NCBI GenBank assembly: GCA_035651675.1
Contig: DASRFH010000111.1
Location: forward strand, 9,605-73,604
DNA: 64,000 nt
Reading direction: 5' to 3'
From: Chloroflexota bacterium
GTDB taxonomy: Bacteria; Chloroflexota; UBA6077; FW602-bin22
Within the stretch, counting starts at the first letter, position 1; the number at the start of each line of letters is the position of its first letter. Below are positions 32,101 to 40,643 of the stretch, one piece after another. Position numbers and translations under genes: made by a program. Below the pieces are notes generated by a model, which did no database searches, was not told where the DNA came from, and was given only the letters and a program-made list of their open reading frames with translations.

Positions 32101-32451
32101 GGACGTGTGGTTGCAGACCATCTCGGTGATGATCCGCAGCCCGCGCTCGTGCGCCTCGCGCACGAGCGTCTTGACGTCGCGCAGCGTGCCGTAGGCCGGG
32201 TTAACGGCGGTGAAGTCGGCGATGTCGTAGCCGTCATCGCGCAGCGGCGAGGGGTAGAACGGCAGCAGCCACAGCGCCGTGACGCCCAGCTCGGCGAGGT
32301 AGTCGAGCTTCTCGACCAGCCCCTTGAAGTCGCCGACGCCGTCGGCGTTCGAGTCCTTGAACGCCCGGACGTGCGCCTCGTAGATGACGGCGTCCTTATA
32401 CCAATCGTTCATGTCCACCCAGGGAGTGGGTGCGCTGCGGCCACTCCCCAC
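29146..32451 (-). CDS. treS: Fused trehalose synthase / maltokinase (TreS-Mak/Pep2)
   Basis: The N-terminal GH13 TreS part has [53 protein letters not shown] and [11 protein letters not shown]. The C-terminal ~450 aa is maltokinase-like, with the kinase motif [26 protein letters not shown]. An alternative start is ATG 32412. Confidence 0.9.
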   Translation of the reverse strand: [1101 protein letters not shown]

Positions 32452-32462
32452 CCTGCCGGGCT

Positions 32463-34454
32463 CTAGTAGTAGTCAAACTGCGCCTCGTGGCGCGTCCGTT
32501 GGTGAACCTCGAAGATGCGGACGGGGGCGGCGGGGCTCAGCTCGACGTAATTCCGCGGGCCATGCCAGAGGTAGCGGGCATCGCTCAGCAGGTTGTGGAC
32601 CTGGAAGGAGCCGGTGCCGAACTGCACCCAGCCCGCCTGGGCGTGGTGGGGGTCTGTGTTGACGACGCACAGGATGACGTCGTCGCCGTAGCTCTTGCTG
32701 TACGCCAGCAGACAGTCGTTGTCGACCGGGTGGAAGCGCAGCGTGTCGTTGCGCTGTAGGGCCGGGTGCTCGCGGCGGATGCGGTTCAGGCGGGCGATGA
32801 AATCGCGCAGGCTGTCGGGCGCGTCCCAGTCCCACCGCCGGATCTCGTACTTCTCGGAGTCGAGGTATTCCTCGCTGCCGGGCTCGCGCGGCCGCGCCTC
32901 GCACAGCTCGTACGCCGGCCCGTAGATGCCGTACGAGGCGGAGAGCGTCGCGGCGAGCGCGACGCGCGCCTGGAACATCGCCTTGCCGCCGAGCTGAAGC
33001 TGCTCGGTCAGGATGTCGGGCGTGTTCGGCCAGAAGTTCGGCCGGAAGTATTCCCTCGGCTCCCCCTGGGTCAGCTCCTCGCAGTAGGCGATCAGCTCGG
33101 CCGGCGTCTGCCGCCACGCGAAGTAGGTGTACGACTGCGTGAATCCCAGCTTGGCCAGCCGGTACATCACCTTCGGCCGCGTGAACGCCTCGGCCAGGAA
33201 GATCACGTCGGGGTGCGCGCGGTGCACCTCGCCGATCAGGTGCGCCCAGAAGGGAAATGCCTTGGTATGCGGGTTGTCGACGCGGAAGACCCGGACGCCC
33301 TGATCGACCCAGAAGAGGGTGACGCGCGTCAGCTCGTCCCATAGCCCGCGCCAGTCCGGGCTCTCGAAGTCGAACGGGTAGATGTCCTGGTACTTCTTCG
33401 GCGGGTTCTCCGCGTACTGGATGGTCCCGTCCGGCCGCTGCCGGAACCACTCGGGGTGCTCCTTCACGTACGGGTGGTCGGGCGAGCACTGGAACGCCAG
33501 GTCCATGGCGATCTCGAGGCCGTGCTCGCGCGCCTTGCCGACCAGGTGGCGGAAATCCTCGATCGTGCCGAGCTCCGGGTGCACGGCGTCGTGCCCGCCC
33601 TCGGGCCCGCCGATCGCCCACGGGCTGCCCACGTCGCCCGGCGTCGCCTCTCGCGCGTTGTTGCGTCCCTTTCGGAACGTGCGGCCGATCGGATGGATGG
33701 GCGGCAGGTAGAGGACGTCGAAGCCCATGTGCGAGACGTAGCGCAGCCGGGCGGCGACGTCGCGCAGCGTGCCATGCCGCCCGGGTTCGCCGGACGCCGA
33801 GCGGGGGAAGAGCTCGTACCAGGCCGAGAACCGGGCGCGCTCGCGGTCCACCCAGACGGGGAGCTCGGGCTCGTAGGTCACCGCGAAGTGGCGTTCGCCC
33901 CACTTGGCCATGAGCGCCGCCAGCTCGGGCGAGAGTGCGGCGTCGACTGCGCGCGCACCCCGGCCGCGCAGCTCGCCGGCGAAACTATCGAGCCGGATCC
34001 GCGGGCGCTCCGGCGCCGTCTCCGCCGTCGCCGCCACCAGCCGCGCGCCGACCTCGAGCTCGACCGCGACATCCTGGCCGGCCTCGACGCGCTTGGCGAG
34101 GTCGCGCGCCCATGTCGCGAAGTGGTCCACCCACGCCTGGACCGTATACCGGTGGCCGCCGAGCCTGGTCACCTTGAAGTGGCCCGACCAACGATCGTTG
34201 CCGATCGGCTCCATCGGCGCCTCGCGCCACTCCGGTTCGTCGTCCGCCCGGTAGCGGAGGCGGCACGCGACCACGTCGTGCCCGTCGCAGAAGGCGTCGC
34301 ACTCGACCGCGACCAAGTCGCCGACGACGCGCTTGATCGGGAAGCGGCCGCAGTCGACGATCGGCACGACCCGCTCGACCGCGACGCGCGCGCGGCCCCC
34401 CGTCGCCGGCTCCGTCAGCGTCGGCCCGGCTACGGCGTTCGTGGTCGACGGCAT
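32463..34454 (-). CDS. glgE: Alpha-1,4-glucan:maltose-1-phosphate maltosyltransferase GlgE
   Basis: N-terminal GRFPIKRVVGD...DGHD pattern, and GH13_3 core YLPPIHPIG...RKGRNN, FRVDNPHTKAFPFW, LAEAFTRP. Confidence 0.9.
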   Translation of the reverse strand: MPSTTNAVAGPTLTEPATGGRARVAVERVVPIVDCGRFPIKRVVGDLVAVECDAFCDGHDVVACRLRYRADDEPEWREAPMEPIGNDRWSGHFKVTRLGGHRYTVQAWVDHFATWARDLAKRVEAGQDVAVELEVGARLVAATAETAPERPRIRLDSFAGELRGRGARAVDAALSPELAALMAKWGERHFAVTYEPELPVWVDRERARFSAWYELFPRSASGEPGRHGTLRDVAARLRYVSHMGFDVLYLPPIHPIGRTFRKGRNNAREATPGDVGSPWAIGGPEGGHDAVHPELGTIEDFRHLVGKAREHGLEIAMDLAFQCSPDHPYVKEHPEWFRQRPDGTIQYAENPPKKYQDIYPFDFESPDWRGLWDELTRVTLFWVDQGVRVFRVDNPHTKAFPFWAHLIGEVHRAHPDVIFLAEAFTRPKVMYRLAKLGFTQSYTYFAWRQTPAELIAYCEELTQGEPREYFRPNFWPNTPDILTEQLQLGGKAMFQARVALAATLSASYGIYGPAYELCEARPREPGSEEYLDSEKYEIRRWDWDAPDSLRDFIARLNRIRREHPALQRNDTLRFHPVDNDCLLAYSKSYGDDVILCVVNTDPHHAQAGWVQFGTGSFQVHNLLSDARYLWHGPRNYVELSPAAPVRIFEVHQRTRHEAQFDYY

Positions 34455-34460
34455 GGGCCC

Positions 34461-35576
34461 CTATGCCTCCACGAGCGATTGTCCTATCAGCGTACTACCG
34501 CCGAAGAGCTCGGGAGGTAGGGGGTTCTCGGCGAGCTCGCGGTACACGGCCTCGTAGCCGTCGGCCATCGCCGACGGGGAGAAGCGCCGTTCGACGTCCT
34601 CGCGGCACGCGCGGCGGTCGATCTGGCCGATCCGCGCGACTGCCTCGACCATCTCGTCGACGGAGTCGCAGACGAACCCGGTCACCCCGTGCCGGACCAC
34701 CTCCGGTACGCTGCCGTTGCGCAGCGCGACGACCGGCGTCCCACAGGCCATCGCTTCGGGCATCACGAGGCCGAAAGGCTCCGGCCACTGGATGGGGAAC
34801 AACAGCGCGGCGGCGCCGCCCAGGAACCCGTCCTTGTCGGGGCCGCCGATCTCGCCTACGAACTCGACGTCGGCGCTCGCGAGCAACGGCTTGACCTCGT
34901 GCTCGTAGTACTCGTGGTCGGCGCGCCAGTCGGCTAGCAGGCTGAACGGCAGCGGCAGCCGGGCCGCGACCTTGATCGGCATGCGCGCCTTGCGCGCGAC
35001 CTGGATCGCCAGGTGGAGACCTTTGGCGCGAGAGACGCGCCCCAGGAAGGCCAGGTACTGCCCGGGCTCGGCGCGCGGCGTGAACTGGTCGAGGTCGATG
35101 CCGTTGTGCACGGTCGCGATCCATCGCGCCGCCGGCAGGGGGCGACGCTGGGCGTCGCTGATCGAAACGACCGGCGCATCGTGGAACTCCTCGAAGACCG
35201 GTAGGAGCTCCGGCAGGTCGAGCCGACCGTGCATCGTCGTCACGACTGGTCCGAGCCCGGCTCGGCAGAGCGGCAACCCGAAGACGTCCAGGTGGCTGTG
35301 AACGACGTCGAATTCGTCCGCGTGGCGCAGCACCCGCCCGAGTGTGACCGACCAGAACGGCGCCAGGTCCTCGTACCGGGGCTCGCGGCGCCAGAGCGCT
35401 CGGTCGACGGTCGGGACCAGCCGCGCGCTGGTCCTCGAGTCGCCGGAGGCGAAGAGCGTGACGTCGTGGCCTCGCCGCACGAGCTCCTCGGCGAGCGTCG
35501 AGACGACCCGCTCGGTTCCTCCGTACCCGACCGGTGGGACTGTCTCGAATGGCGGTGCTATCTGAGCGATGCGCAT
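34461..35576 (-). CDS. Glycosyltransferase family 4 (GT-B)
   Basis: 371 aa from ATG 35576. MRIAQIAPPFETVPPVGYGGTERVV and the C-terminal EX7E-type motif EPFGLVMPEAMACGTPVVA. The track ORF continues upstream in an Arg-rich overlap with the next gene and was trimmed. Confidence 0.85.
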   Translation of the reverse strand: MRIAQIAPPFETVPPVGYGGTERVVSTLAEELVRRGHDVTLFASGDSRTSARLVPTVDRALWRREPRYEDLAPFWSVTLGRVLRHADEFDVVHSHLDVFGLPLCRAGLGPVVTTMHGRLDLPELLPVFEEFHDAPVVSISDAQRRPLPAARWIATVHNGIDLDQFTPRAEPGQYLAFLGRVSRAKGLHLAIQVARKARMPIKVAARLPLPFSLLADWRADHEYYEHEVKPLLASADVEFVGEIGGPDKDGFLGGAAALLFPIQWPEPFGLVMPEAMACGTPVVALRNGSVPEVVRHGVTGFVCDSVDEMVEAVARIGQIDRRACREDVERRFSPSAMADGYEAVYRELAENPLPPELFGGSTLIGQSLVEA

Positions 35577-37777
35577 GCGGCCCCCGTCTGGACTTCGACT
35601 TCGACTTCGCCGGCCGTAACGTCGACGTCCCAGCGGTCGCCCCGCCTCGCGACCCGCAAGCTGGCGCGGCGCGAGCCGACGCGCAGGTCGTCGAGTTGGA
35701 GCCAGTCGAGCCAATGAGGCAAGGACGGTGCCAGGCGAAGGCCTCCCCCTGCCCTCGGCTCCAGGCCGAGCAGCGCTTGGAGCATCAAGAACGGCGCCCC
35801 TGCCGCCCACGCCTGGGGGCTGCAGCTCACCGGGTAGGCCGCGGGCGCACGTGCCGCGCCCCGGCCGCGCGCGAACCCGCAGTAGAGCTCGGGCAGGCGG
35901 AAGCCGCGGAAGCCCTGCGCGGCGACGAAGAGTTGCTCGAAGAGCTGCTCGGCCAAGTCGAGGCACCCGTAGCGCGCCAGCCCGGCCAACGCGATCGCGT
36001 TGTCGTGCGGCCAGATCGAGCCGTTGTGGTAGCTCATCGGGTTGTAGCTTGGCGCCTCGCTCGACAGAGTCCGCAGCCCCCAGCCGGCGAGCATGTCCGG
36101 CTGGGTGAGTCGGTCGCAGAGGGCCCGCGCGGTCCCCGGCTCGGGCAGCCCACAGAAGAGCGTCTGCGCCGCGTTCGACGTCACGACGGCGACTGGCCGC
36201 TTGTCGCGGTCGAGCGCCTCGGCGTAGCAGCCGAGGTCGTCGAGCCAGAAGCGCTCCTGGACCCGCCGCCGGAGCAGCGCGGCGGCACGTTCCAGCTCGG
36301 CCGCCCGCCGGGGCTGGCCGCGGCGCCGGTACAGGTCGGCCATCGCCAGCCGCGCGGCGTAGGCGTAGCCCTGCACCTCGATCAGCGCGATAGGCGGCTC
36401 GGCCAGCGTGCCGTCGGCGTGCGTGACCGAATCGGCAGAGTCCTTCCAGCCCTGGTTGCGGATGCCCATCGGGCAGCGGCACAGGTACTCGACGAGGCCG
36501 TCCCCGTCGAGGTCGCCGTACTGCTCGACCCAGGCCAACGCTGCCTCGGCGTTCGGCCACAGCTCGTCGAGCGGCGCGTCGTCGCCGAGCCAGCGCGCCG
36601 TCTCGCCGAGCAAGATCAGGTAGAGCGGCGTGACGTCGACGCTGCCGTAGTAGGGGCTGTGCGGGATGGCGCCGAGGCGGGCCAGCTCGCCGAAGCGCAG
36701 CTCGTGCATCATCTTACCGGGTTCTTCGTCGCGCCAGTCATCCCGGCGTTGGCCCTGGTGTGCGGCCAGGAAGCGCAGCGTCCCGACCGCCAGGTCGGGC
36801 GCGAGCATCAACGACTCGAGCGCCGCGATGACGCTATCGCGCCCGAACGGGCAGGCGAACCATGGAATGCCGGCCACTGGCACCGCCCCGGTCGGGGGGT
36901 GCCAGGTCAGCATCGCGAGATCCGCCTGGCCGCGCTGGAGCAGCCGGTTGAGCGCATCGCTGCTCGTCGTGATGCGCGTGGCCGGCCAGGGGTGCTCGGC
37001 TCGCCGATGCCCGTTCGCCCGGGGCGGGGCGAACGCGAGCAATTCGACCGCCGGCTCCCGCTCGCGCGGCTGGGCGGTCAGGAGGGCGTGGAACGGCTGC
37101 TGCGGGTCGAGCACGCCGCTGAGCACGCCGTGGACCCGGTAGACGGTCCTCTCCTGCCCCGCTGCGCCGGGTCCGGCGTCCGGCAGCGAGATCGGCTCCA
37201 GCACGCCGTACTCGGCGCGGTGCGACCGGCGGTGGCTCGTGAACGGGGGATCGACCCGGATGTACAGCTCGCGATCCACCGCGTCGCGGCCCCGGGAGCG
37301 GAAGACGATCTCGTCGTCGCGGACCTCCGGCGGATCGATGTCGCCGACCGGCGCCTGGGCGATGCCGCGGATGTCGAACATATCGCGGAAGTCGGCCGCG
37401 AGCAGCACGTCGAGTCGGAAGGGGACCGGGAAGCGGTTGTAGTTGACGAGCTCGAGCTCGTCGCGCAGCTCGCCCTCGAGCGTGCGCGTGCGGCGGAGGC
37501 TGATCGTCTGCGGCAACACGGGCACGCCGTCGCCGACGGTGAACATCTGGTTGGTCAGGTGCACGGTCGCGGTGGTCGACTCGGCCGGGGGCGCCGCGAG
37601 CAGCGAGAGTGGCGTGCCGTTCAGCGTGAGCCGGAAGTAGGACAGGTAACGGGTGTCGTTGTGGTAAAGGCCGTCGGCCGGGTCGCCTTCGCCGAGGTCG
37701 CCGAGCTCGTCGGAGACCACGAATGTGTGCTCGTCCATGAGGACGAGCTTGGCCATGGGTGAGAAGCGGTGCATCAC
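35558..37777 (-). CDS. Glycogen-debranching-like amylo-alpha-1,6-glucosidase family protein (GDE_N_bis + GDE_C)
   Basis: 739 aa. The N-terminus FVVSDELGDL...DGLYHNDTRYLSYF is followed by a C-terminal (alpha/alpha)6-barrel-type region with GIPWFACPFGRDS and NGSIWPHDNAIALAGL. Confidence 0.82.
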   Translation of the reverse strand: MMHRFSPMAKLVLMDEHTFVVSDELGDLGEGDPADGLYHNDTRYLSYFRLTLNGTPLSLLAAPPAESTTATVHLTNQMFTVGDGVPVLPQTISLRRTRTLEGELRDELELVNYNRFPVPFRLDVLLAADFRDMFDIRGIAQAPVGDIDPPEVRDDEIVFRSRGRDAVDRELYIRVDPPFTSHRRSHRAEYGVLEPISLPDAGPGAAGQERTVYRVHGVLSGVLDPQQPFHALLTAQPREREPAVELLAFAPPRANGHRRAEHPWPATRITTSSDALNRLLQRGQADLAMLTWHPPTGAVPVAGIPWFACPFGRDSVIAALESLMLAPDLAVGTLRFLAAHQGQRRDDWRDEEPGKMMHELRFGELARLGAIPHSPYYGSVDVTPLYLILLGETARWLGDDAPLDELWPNAEAALAWVEQYGDLDGDGLVEYLCRCPMGIRNQGWKDSADSVTHADGTLAEPPIALIEVQGYAYAARLAMADLYRRRGQPRRAAELERAAALLRRRVQERFWLDDLGCYAEALDRDKRPVAVVTSNAAQTLFCGLPEPGTARALCDRLTQPDMLAGWGLRTLSSEAPSYNPMSYHNGSIWPHDNAIALAGLARYGCLDLAEQLFEQLFVAAQGFRGFRLPELYCGFARGRGAARAPAAYPVSCSPQAWAAGAPFLMLQALLGLEPRAGGGLRLAPSLPHWLDWLQLDDLRVGSRRASLRVARRGDRWDVDVTAGEVEVEVQTGAACASLR

Positions 37778-37801
37778 CGACTGCCGCGTCGCCTCCTGCG
37801 G

Positions 37802-39226
37802 CTACGCCGCCGCGTGCGCGACCGCGGGGTCGGGCCGCAGGATCGAGGGCAAGATCCCGATCTGGGCGCGGTACTTGGCGACGGTTCGGCGCGCGATGTG
37901 GATGCCGCGCGTCTCCAGCTCGCGCGCGATCTCGCCGTCGGTCATGGGCCTGTTCTCGTTGGCAAGGATCTCCTTCATCACGTCGTGCACGGAAAGCGCC
38001 GGCGTGAAGAAGGTGTCGAACGAGACGACCTGGCCGTTCGGCAGCAGCACGTTCTTGCCGTTGGTGGCGCGGCTCACGGTCGACTCGTCGACGCCGGCCG
38101 CCAGCGCGATCTGCGACCGGGTGAGCGGCTTCAGGTGGCGCACGCCGTTGCGCAGGAAGCCGGCCTGCTCCTTGACGATCGCCTCGGTTATCTTCTTGAT
38201 CGTCTGGCGCCGCTGAGCGATGTTCTGGATGAACAGCTTGGCGCGCGTGACGTACTGGCGGACGTGCTCGCGCTCCTGGCCACCCATCTGGCCCGCCTGC
38301 TTCGAGGCCTCCTGGTAGACCGACGCGACGCGCAGCTCCAGGCGTTGAGCCTCGATCACCTCGACGACGAACTTGTCGTCGACGGCCAGAATGACGACGT
38401 CGGGCCAGGTGTAACTCGCCCGCGCCTCGACGACCGCCTCGGGGCCAGCGTGGCCGTGGGCCGGGAACGGGTTGAGGTGCACGCGGATGAAGCGCGCCGC
38501 CTCCTCGACTTCCTCGGAGGGCACCTTCATCGCGCGGGCGATCCGATCGAGCTTCCGGGTCGCGAGGAGCTGCCAGTGATCCTGGACGATCGTCTGCACG
38601 AGCGGGTGCGCGATGCCGCGCGACTGCAAGTGCTCGATCTGGATCAGCAGGCACTCGCGCAGGTCACGCGCGCCGACGCCGACGGGCTCGAGTGTCTGGA
38701 GCGCGCTGAGGACCGCCTGAACGCGCGGGAGGTCGACGCCGAGCGTGTCGGCGATCTCCTCGACCGAGCAACCGAGGTAGCCGCGCTCGTCCAGGTTGCC
38801 GACGAGCTGCTCGGCGATCAGGCGGTCCTCGCGGGGCAGGATCGAGCCGAGCTCGGCGGTCAGCCGTTCGGCGAGCGTCTCCTGGCCCGCGACGGTCACG
38901 AGCGGATCGAAGTCCTCGTCGTCCGCGCGGCCGGACAGGTGGACGAGGTCGTCGTCGCGCAGCTCGGCCACCTCGCCGGGCAGCTCCTGGCGTTGGAGCC
39001 GAAGGCAGGTCGGACAGATCGAGCCCTGGAGCGGCGTGCCGCACACTTCGCAAGTGGTGATCTCTTCGGCCTCGAGCGCCGGGTTCTCGGCCAGCTCCTG
39101 CGCGATCGCCTGTTGGAGCGCCATCGCCGAGAGCTCGAGCATCGTGCTGGCCGCAACCAGACGGGCGGAGACCCGCGGCCGCATCTCCTGGTGGACGTCG
39201 GGCGTCTGGTCGAGGGAATAGCTCAA
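37802..39226 (-). CDS. rpoN: RNA polymerase sigma-54 factor RpoN
   Basis: Region I/II with LELSAMALQQAIAQELAENPALE, the core-binding region, the HTH, and the C-terminal RpoN box ARRTVAKYR. Confidence 0.9.
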   Translation of the reverse strand: MSYSLDQTPDVHQEMRPRVSARLVAASTMLELSAMALQQAIAQELAENPALEAEEITTCEVCGTPLQGSICPTCLRLQRQELPGEVAELRDDDLVHLSGRADDEDFDPLVTVAGQETLAERLTAELGSILPREDRLIAEQLVGNLDERGYLGCSVEEIADTLGVDLPRVQAVLSALQTLEPVGVGARDLRECLLIQIEHLQSRGIAHPLVQTIVQDHWQLLATRKLDRIARAMKVPSEEVEEAARFIRVHLNPFPAHGHAGPEAVVEARASYTWPDVVILAVDDKFVVEVIEAQRLELRVASVYQEASKQAGQMGGQEREHVRQYVTRAKLFIQNIAQRRQTIKKITEAIVKEQAGFLRNGVRHLKPLTRSQIALAAGVDESTVSRATNGKNVLLPNGQVVSFDTFFTPALSVHDVMKEILANENRPMTDGEIARELETRGIHIARRTVAKYRAQIGILPSILRPDPAVAHAAA

Positions 39227-39373
39227 GGCGGCCTCCGAGGCGGATTCTCCTGCGCGCGAGTAGCCTTCGCAAGGGCCGTGCCACCAGCACGGGGCGTGCC
39301 ACCCACGCGTTTCGAACGCCCGCGGGGGACCCCTAACCGCGTTCTTATGGTGACCTTCATATAGTGCGCCACC

Positions 39374-40036
39374 GTGCGCTGGACGAGTGAGCTGTGGGCC
39401 GCGATGCGCGAAACCTCCTTCGTCGCGGCGCAGGTCGTCACCCTCGGCGTGGTGGCGATGGTCGTCGGGCTCCTGGCGCTGAACGCGCTAGCGCACCGGC
39501 CCGCTCCGCAGCCGACTGCGGGCCCTTCGAGGCCGCTCACGGCGCTCGTGCCGACGCTCGTGCCGGACACGCCGACCTCGACCGGGGTCCGTACGCCGTC
39601 GCCCAGCCCGACTGCTGCGCCGCCGACGGCGACGCCCACCGCCCAGGCGGTGCCATCCGAGCGACCCGCGCCGCCGCCGATCCCGCCGACGGCCAGCGCG
39701 CCGCCGCCGACGCCCGTCGATCCAAACGCCGGGCAGCCCGCCACGCCGACGCCACCACCGCCGCAGCCCACGCCGGTCGCCCAGCCGACACCGACCACCT
39801 CGGTCACGGGACAGATGATGAAGGTACTGCCGGCGTCGGACGGCCTTCCGGCGCGGGTGCGCGCTGAGCCGAGCACCAAGGCTCCGATCCTTGTGCGCGT
39901 GCCGATCGGCGCGTCGGTCGAGGTCCTCGGCACCGCGAACGGCGACGAGCTGCAGCCGGGCAACCCGCGTTGGGTCAAAGTAAAGTGGAAGGACGTGACC
40001 GGCTACGTCTATTCGACGCTAGTGGGCGAAGGGTAG
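39374..40036 (+). CDS. Membrane-anchored Pro-rich protein with C-terminal SH3b-like domain
   Basis: TM segment VVTLGVVAMVVGLLALNAL and a long PT/PA-rich linker. The C-terminal GLPARVRAEPSTKAPILVRVPIGASVEVLG...WVKVKWKDVTGYVYSTLV is typical of bacterial SH3. Confidence 0.65.
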   Translation: MRWTSELWAAMRETSFVAAQVVTLGVVAMVVGLLALNALAHRPAPQPTAGPSRPLTALVPTLVPDTPTSTGVRTPSPSPTAAPPTATPTAQAVPSERPAPPPIPPTASAPPPTPVDPNAGQPATPTPPPPQPTPVAQPTPTTSVTGQMMKVLPASDGLPARVRAEPSTKAPILVRVPIGASVEVLGTANGDELQPGNPRWVKVKWKDVTGYVYSTLVGEG

Positions 40037-40037
40037 C

Positions 40038-40367
40038 GTGGCGGAGCCGCTGCGGCCGAAGGTGACGCGGTGGCCAGCCGACCGTCCCGCCCCGGACGAA
40101 CGGAAGCTACGCGCACTGCTCTCGGCCGAGAACGTCGCGCCCTACGCTTGGGGCAACCCACCCGGCGACCGGTACGCCGTGCACCGACATCCCTACCACA
40201 AGATCCTCTACTGCCTGACGGGCTCGATCACGTTCGAGCTCCCGGAGCTCGGCGAGGCGGTCGAGCTGCGGCCCGGCGACAGGCTCGACCTCCCGCCGCA
40301 CCTCGATCACGCCGCGCTGGTCGGGCCCGAGGGCGTCGTCTGCCTCGAGGCGCACCGGCCGCGCTAG
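40038..40367 (+). CDS. Cupin-domain protein
   Basis: 109 aa. HRHPYHKILYCLTGSITFEL...GDRLDLPPHLDHAA fits the two-motif cupin pattern. Confidence 0.7.
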   Translation: MAEPLRPKVTRWPADRPAPDERKLRALLSAENVAPYAWGNPPGDRYAVHRHPYHKILYCLTGSITFELPELGEAVELRPGDRLDLPPHLDHAALVGPEGVVCLEAHRPR

Positions 40368-40382
40368 CCGGCACGGAACCTG

Positions 40383-40413
40383 CCGACACTTCGCCTGGCA
40401 TAGGAGGTGTCGG
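40383..40413 (+). promoter_or_regulatory. Stem-loop sequestering the Shine-Dalgarno of the downstream small ORF (may also terminate the cupin gene)
   Basis: CCGACACTTC (40383-40392) pairs with GGAGGTGTCGG (40404-40413), giving 10 bp with one G-U pair. The AGGAGG SD at 40402-40407 lies almost wholly in the 3' arm. The ATG is at 40417. Confidence 0.4.
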
Positions 40414-40416
40414 AAG

Positions 40417-40587
40417 ATGCCAGGTAAGCAGCACTTGCGCGGGGTTGGCGAAAAGGAACAGCGCATGTACGAGCACATCAAGGAGGACGCGAAGAAGGAG
40501 GGCCGCTACGGCAAGCGCGCCGAGGAGGTCGCGGCCCGGACGGTGATGAAGCACCACAAGGAAGAGCACCACAAGAAGGGCGAGTAG
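40417..40587 (+). CDS. Small basic Lys/His/Glu-rich protein (56 aa), unknown function
   Basis: Hand translation, below the track cutoff: MPGKQHLRGVGEKEQRMYEHIKEDAKKEGRYGKRAEEVAARTVMKHHKEEHHKKGE. A consensus AGGAGG lies 9 nt upstream, and the ORF ends 10 nt before a strong terminator hairpin. Confidence 0.55.
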   Translation: MPGKQHLRGVGEKEQRMYEHIKEDAKKEGRYGKRAEEVAARTVMKHHKEEHHKKGE

Positions 40588-40597
40588 GCCTTTGCCC

Positions 40598-40624
40598 CCG
40601 GCGTGTTCCTCTGGAACACGCCGG
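40598..40624. terminator. Bidirectional terminator hairpin between convergent small ORF and rpoD
   Basis: Perfect 12-bp stem CCGGCGTGTTCC-TCT-GGAACACGCCGG, located between stop codons at 40587 (+) and 40644 (-). Confidence 0.6.
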
Positions 40625-40643
40625 ACCCGCCGGCGCTCAGCTC

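Noticed and set aside
35577-36560. Upstream extension of the GT4 ORF (track 34461-36560).
   Set aside because: The extension is Arg/Pro/Ala-rich and overlaps the debranching-like gene in another frame. A canonical GT4 N-terminus starts at ATG 35576.
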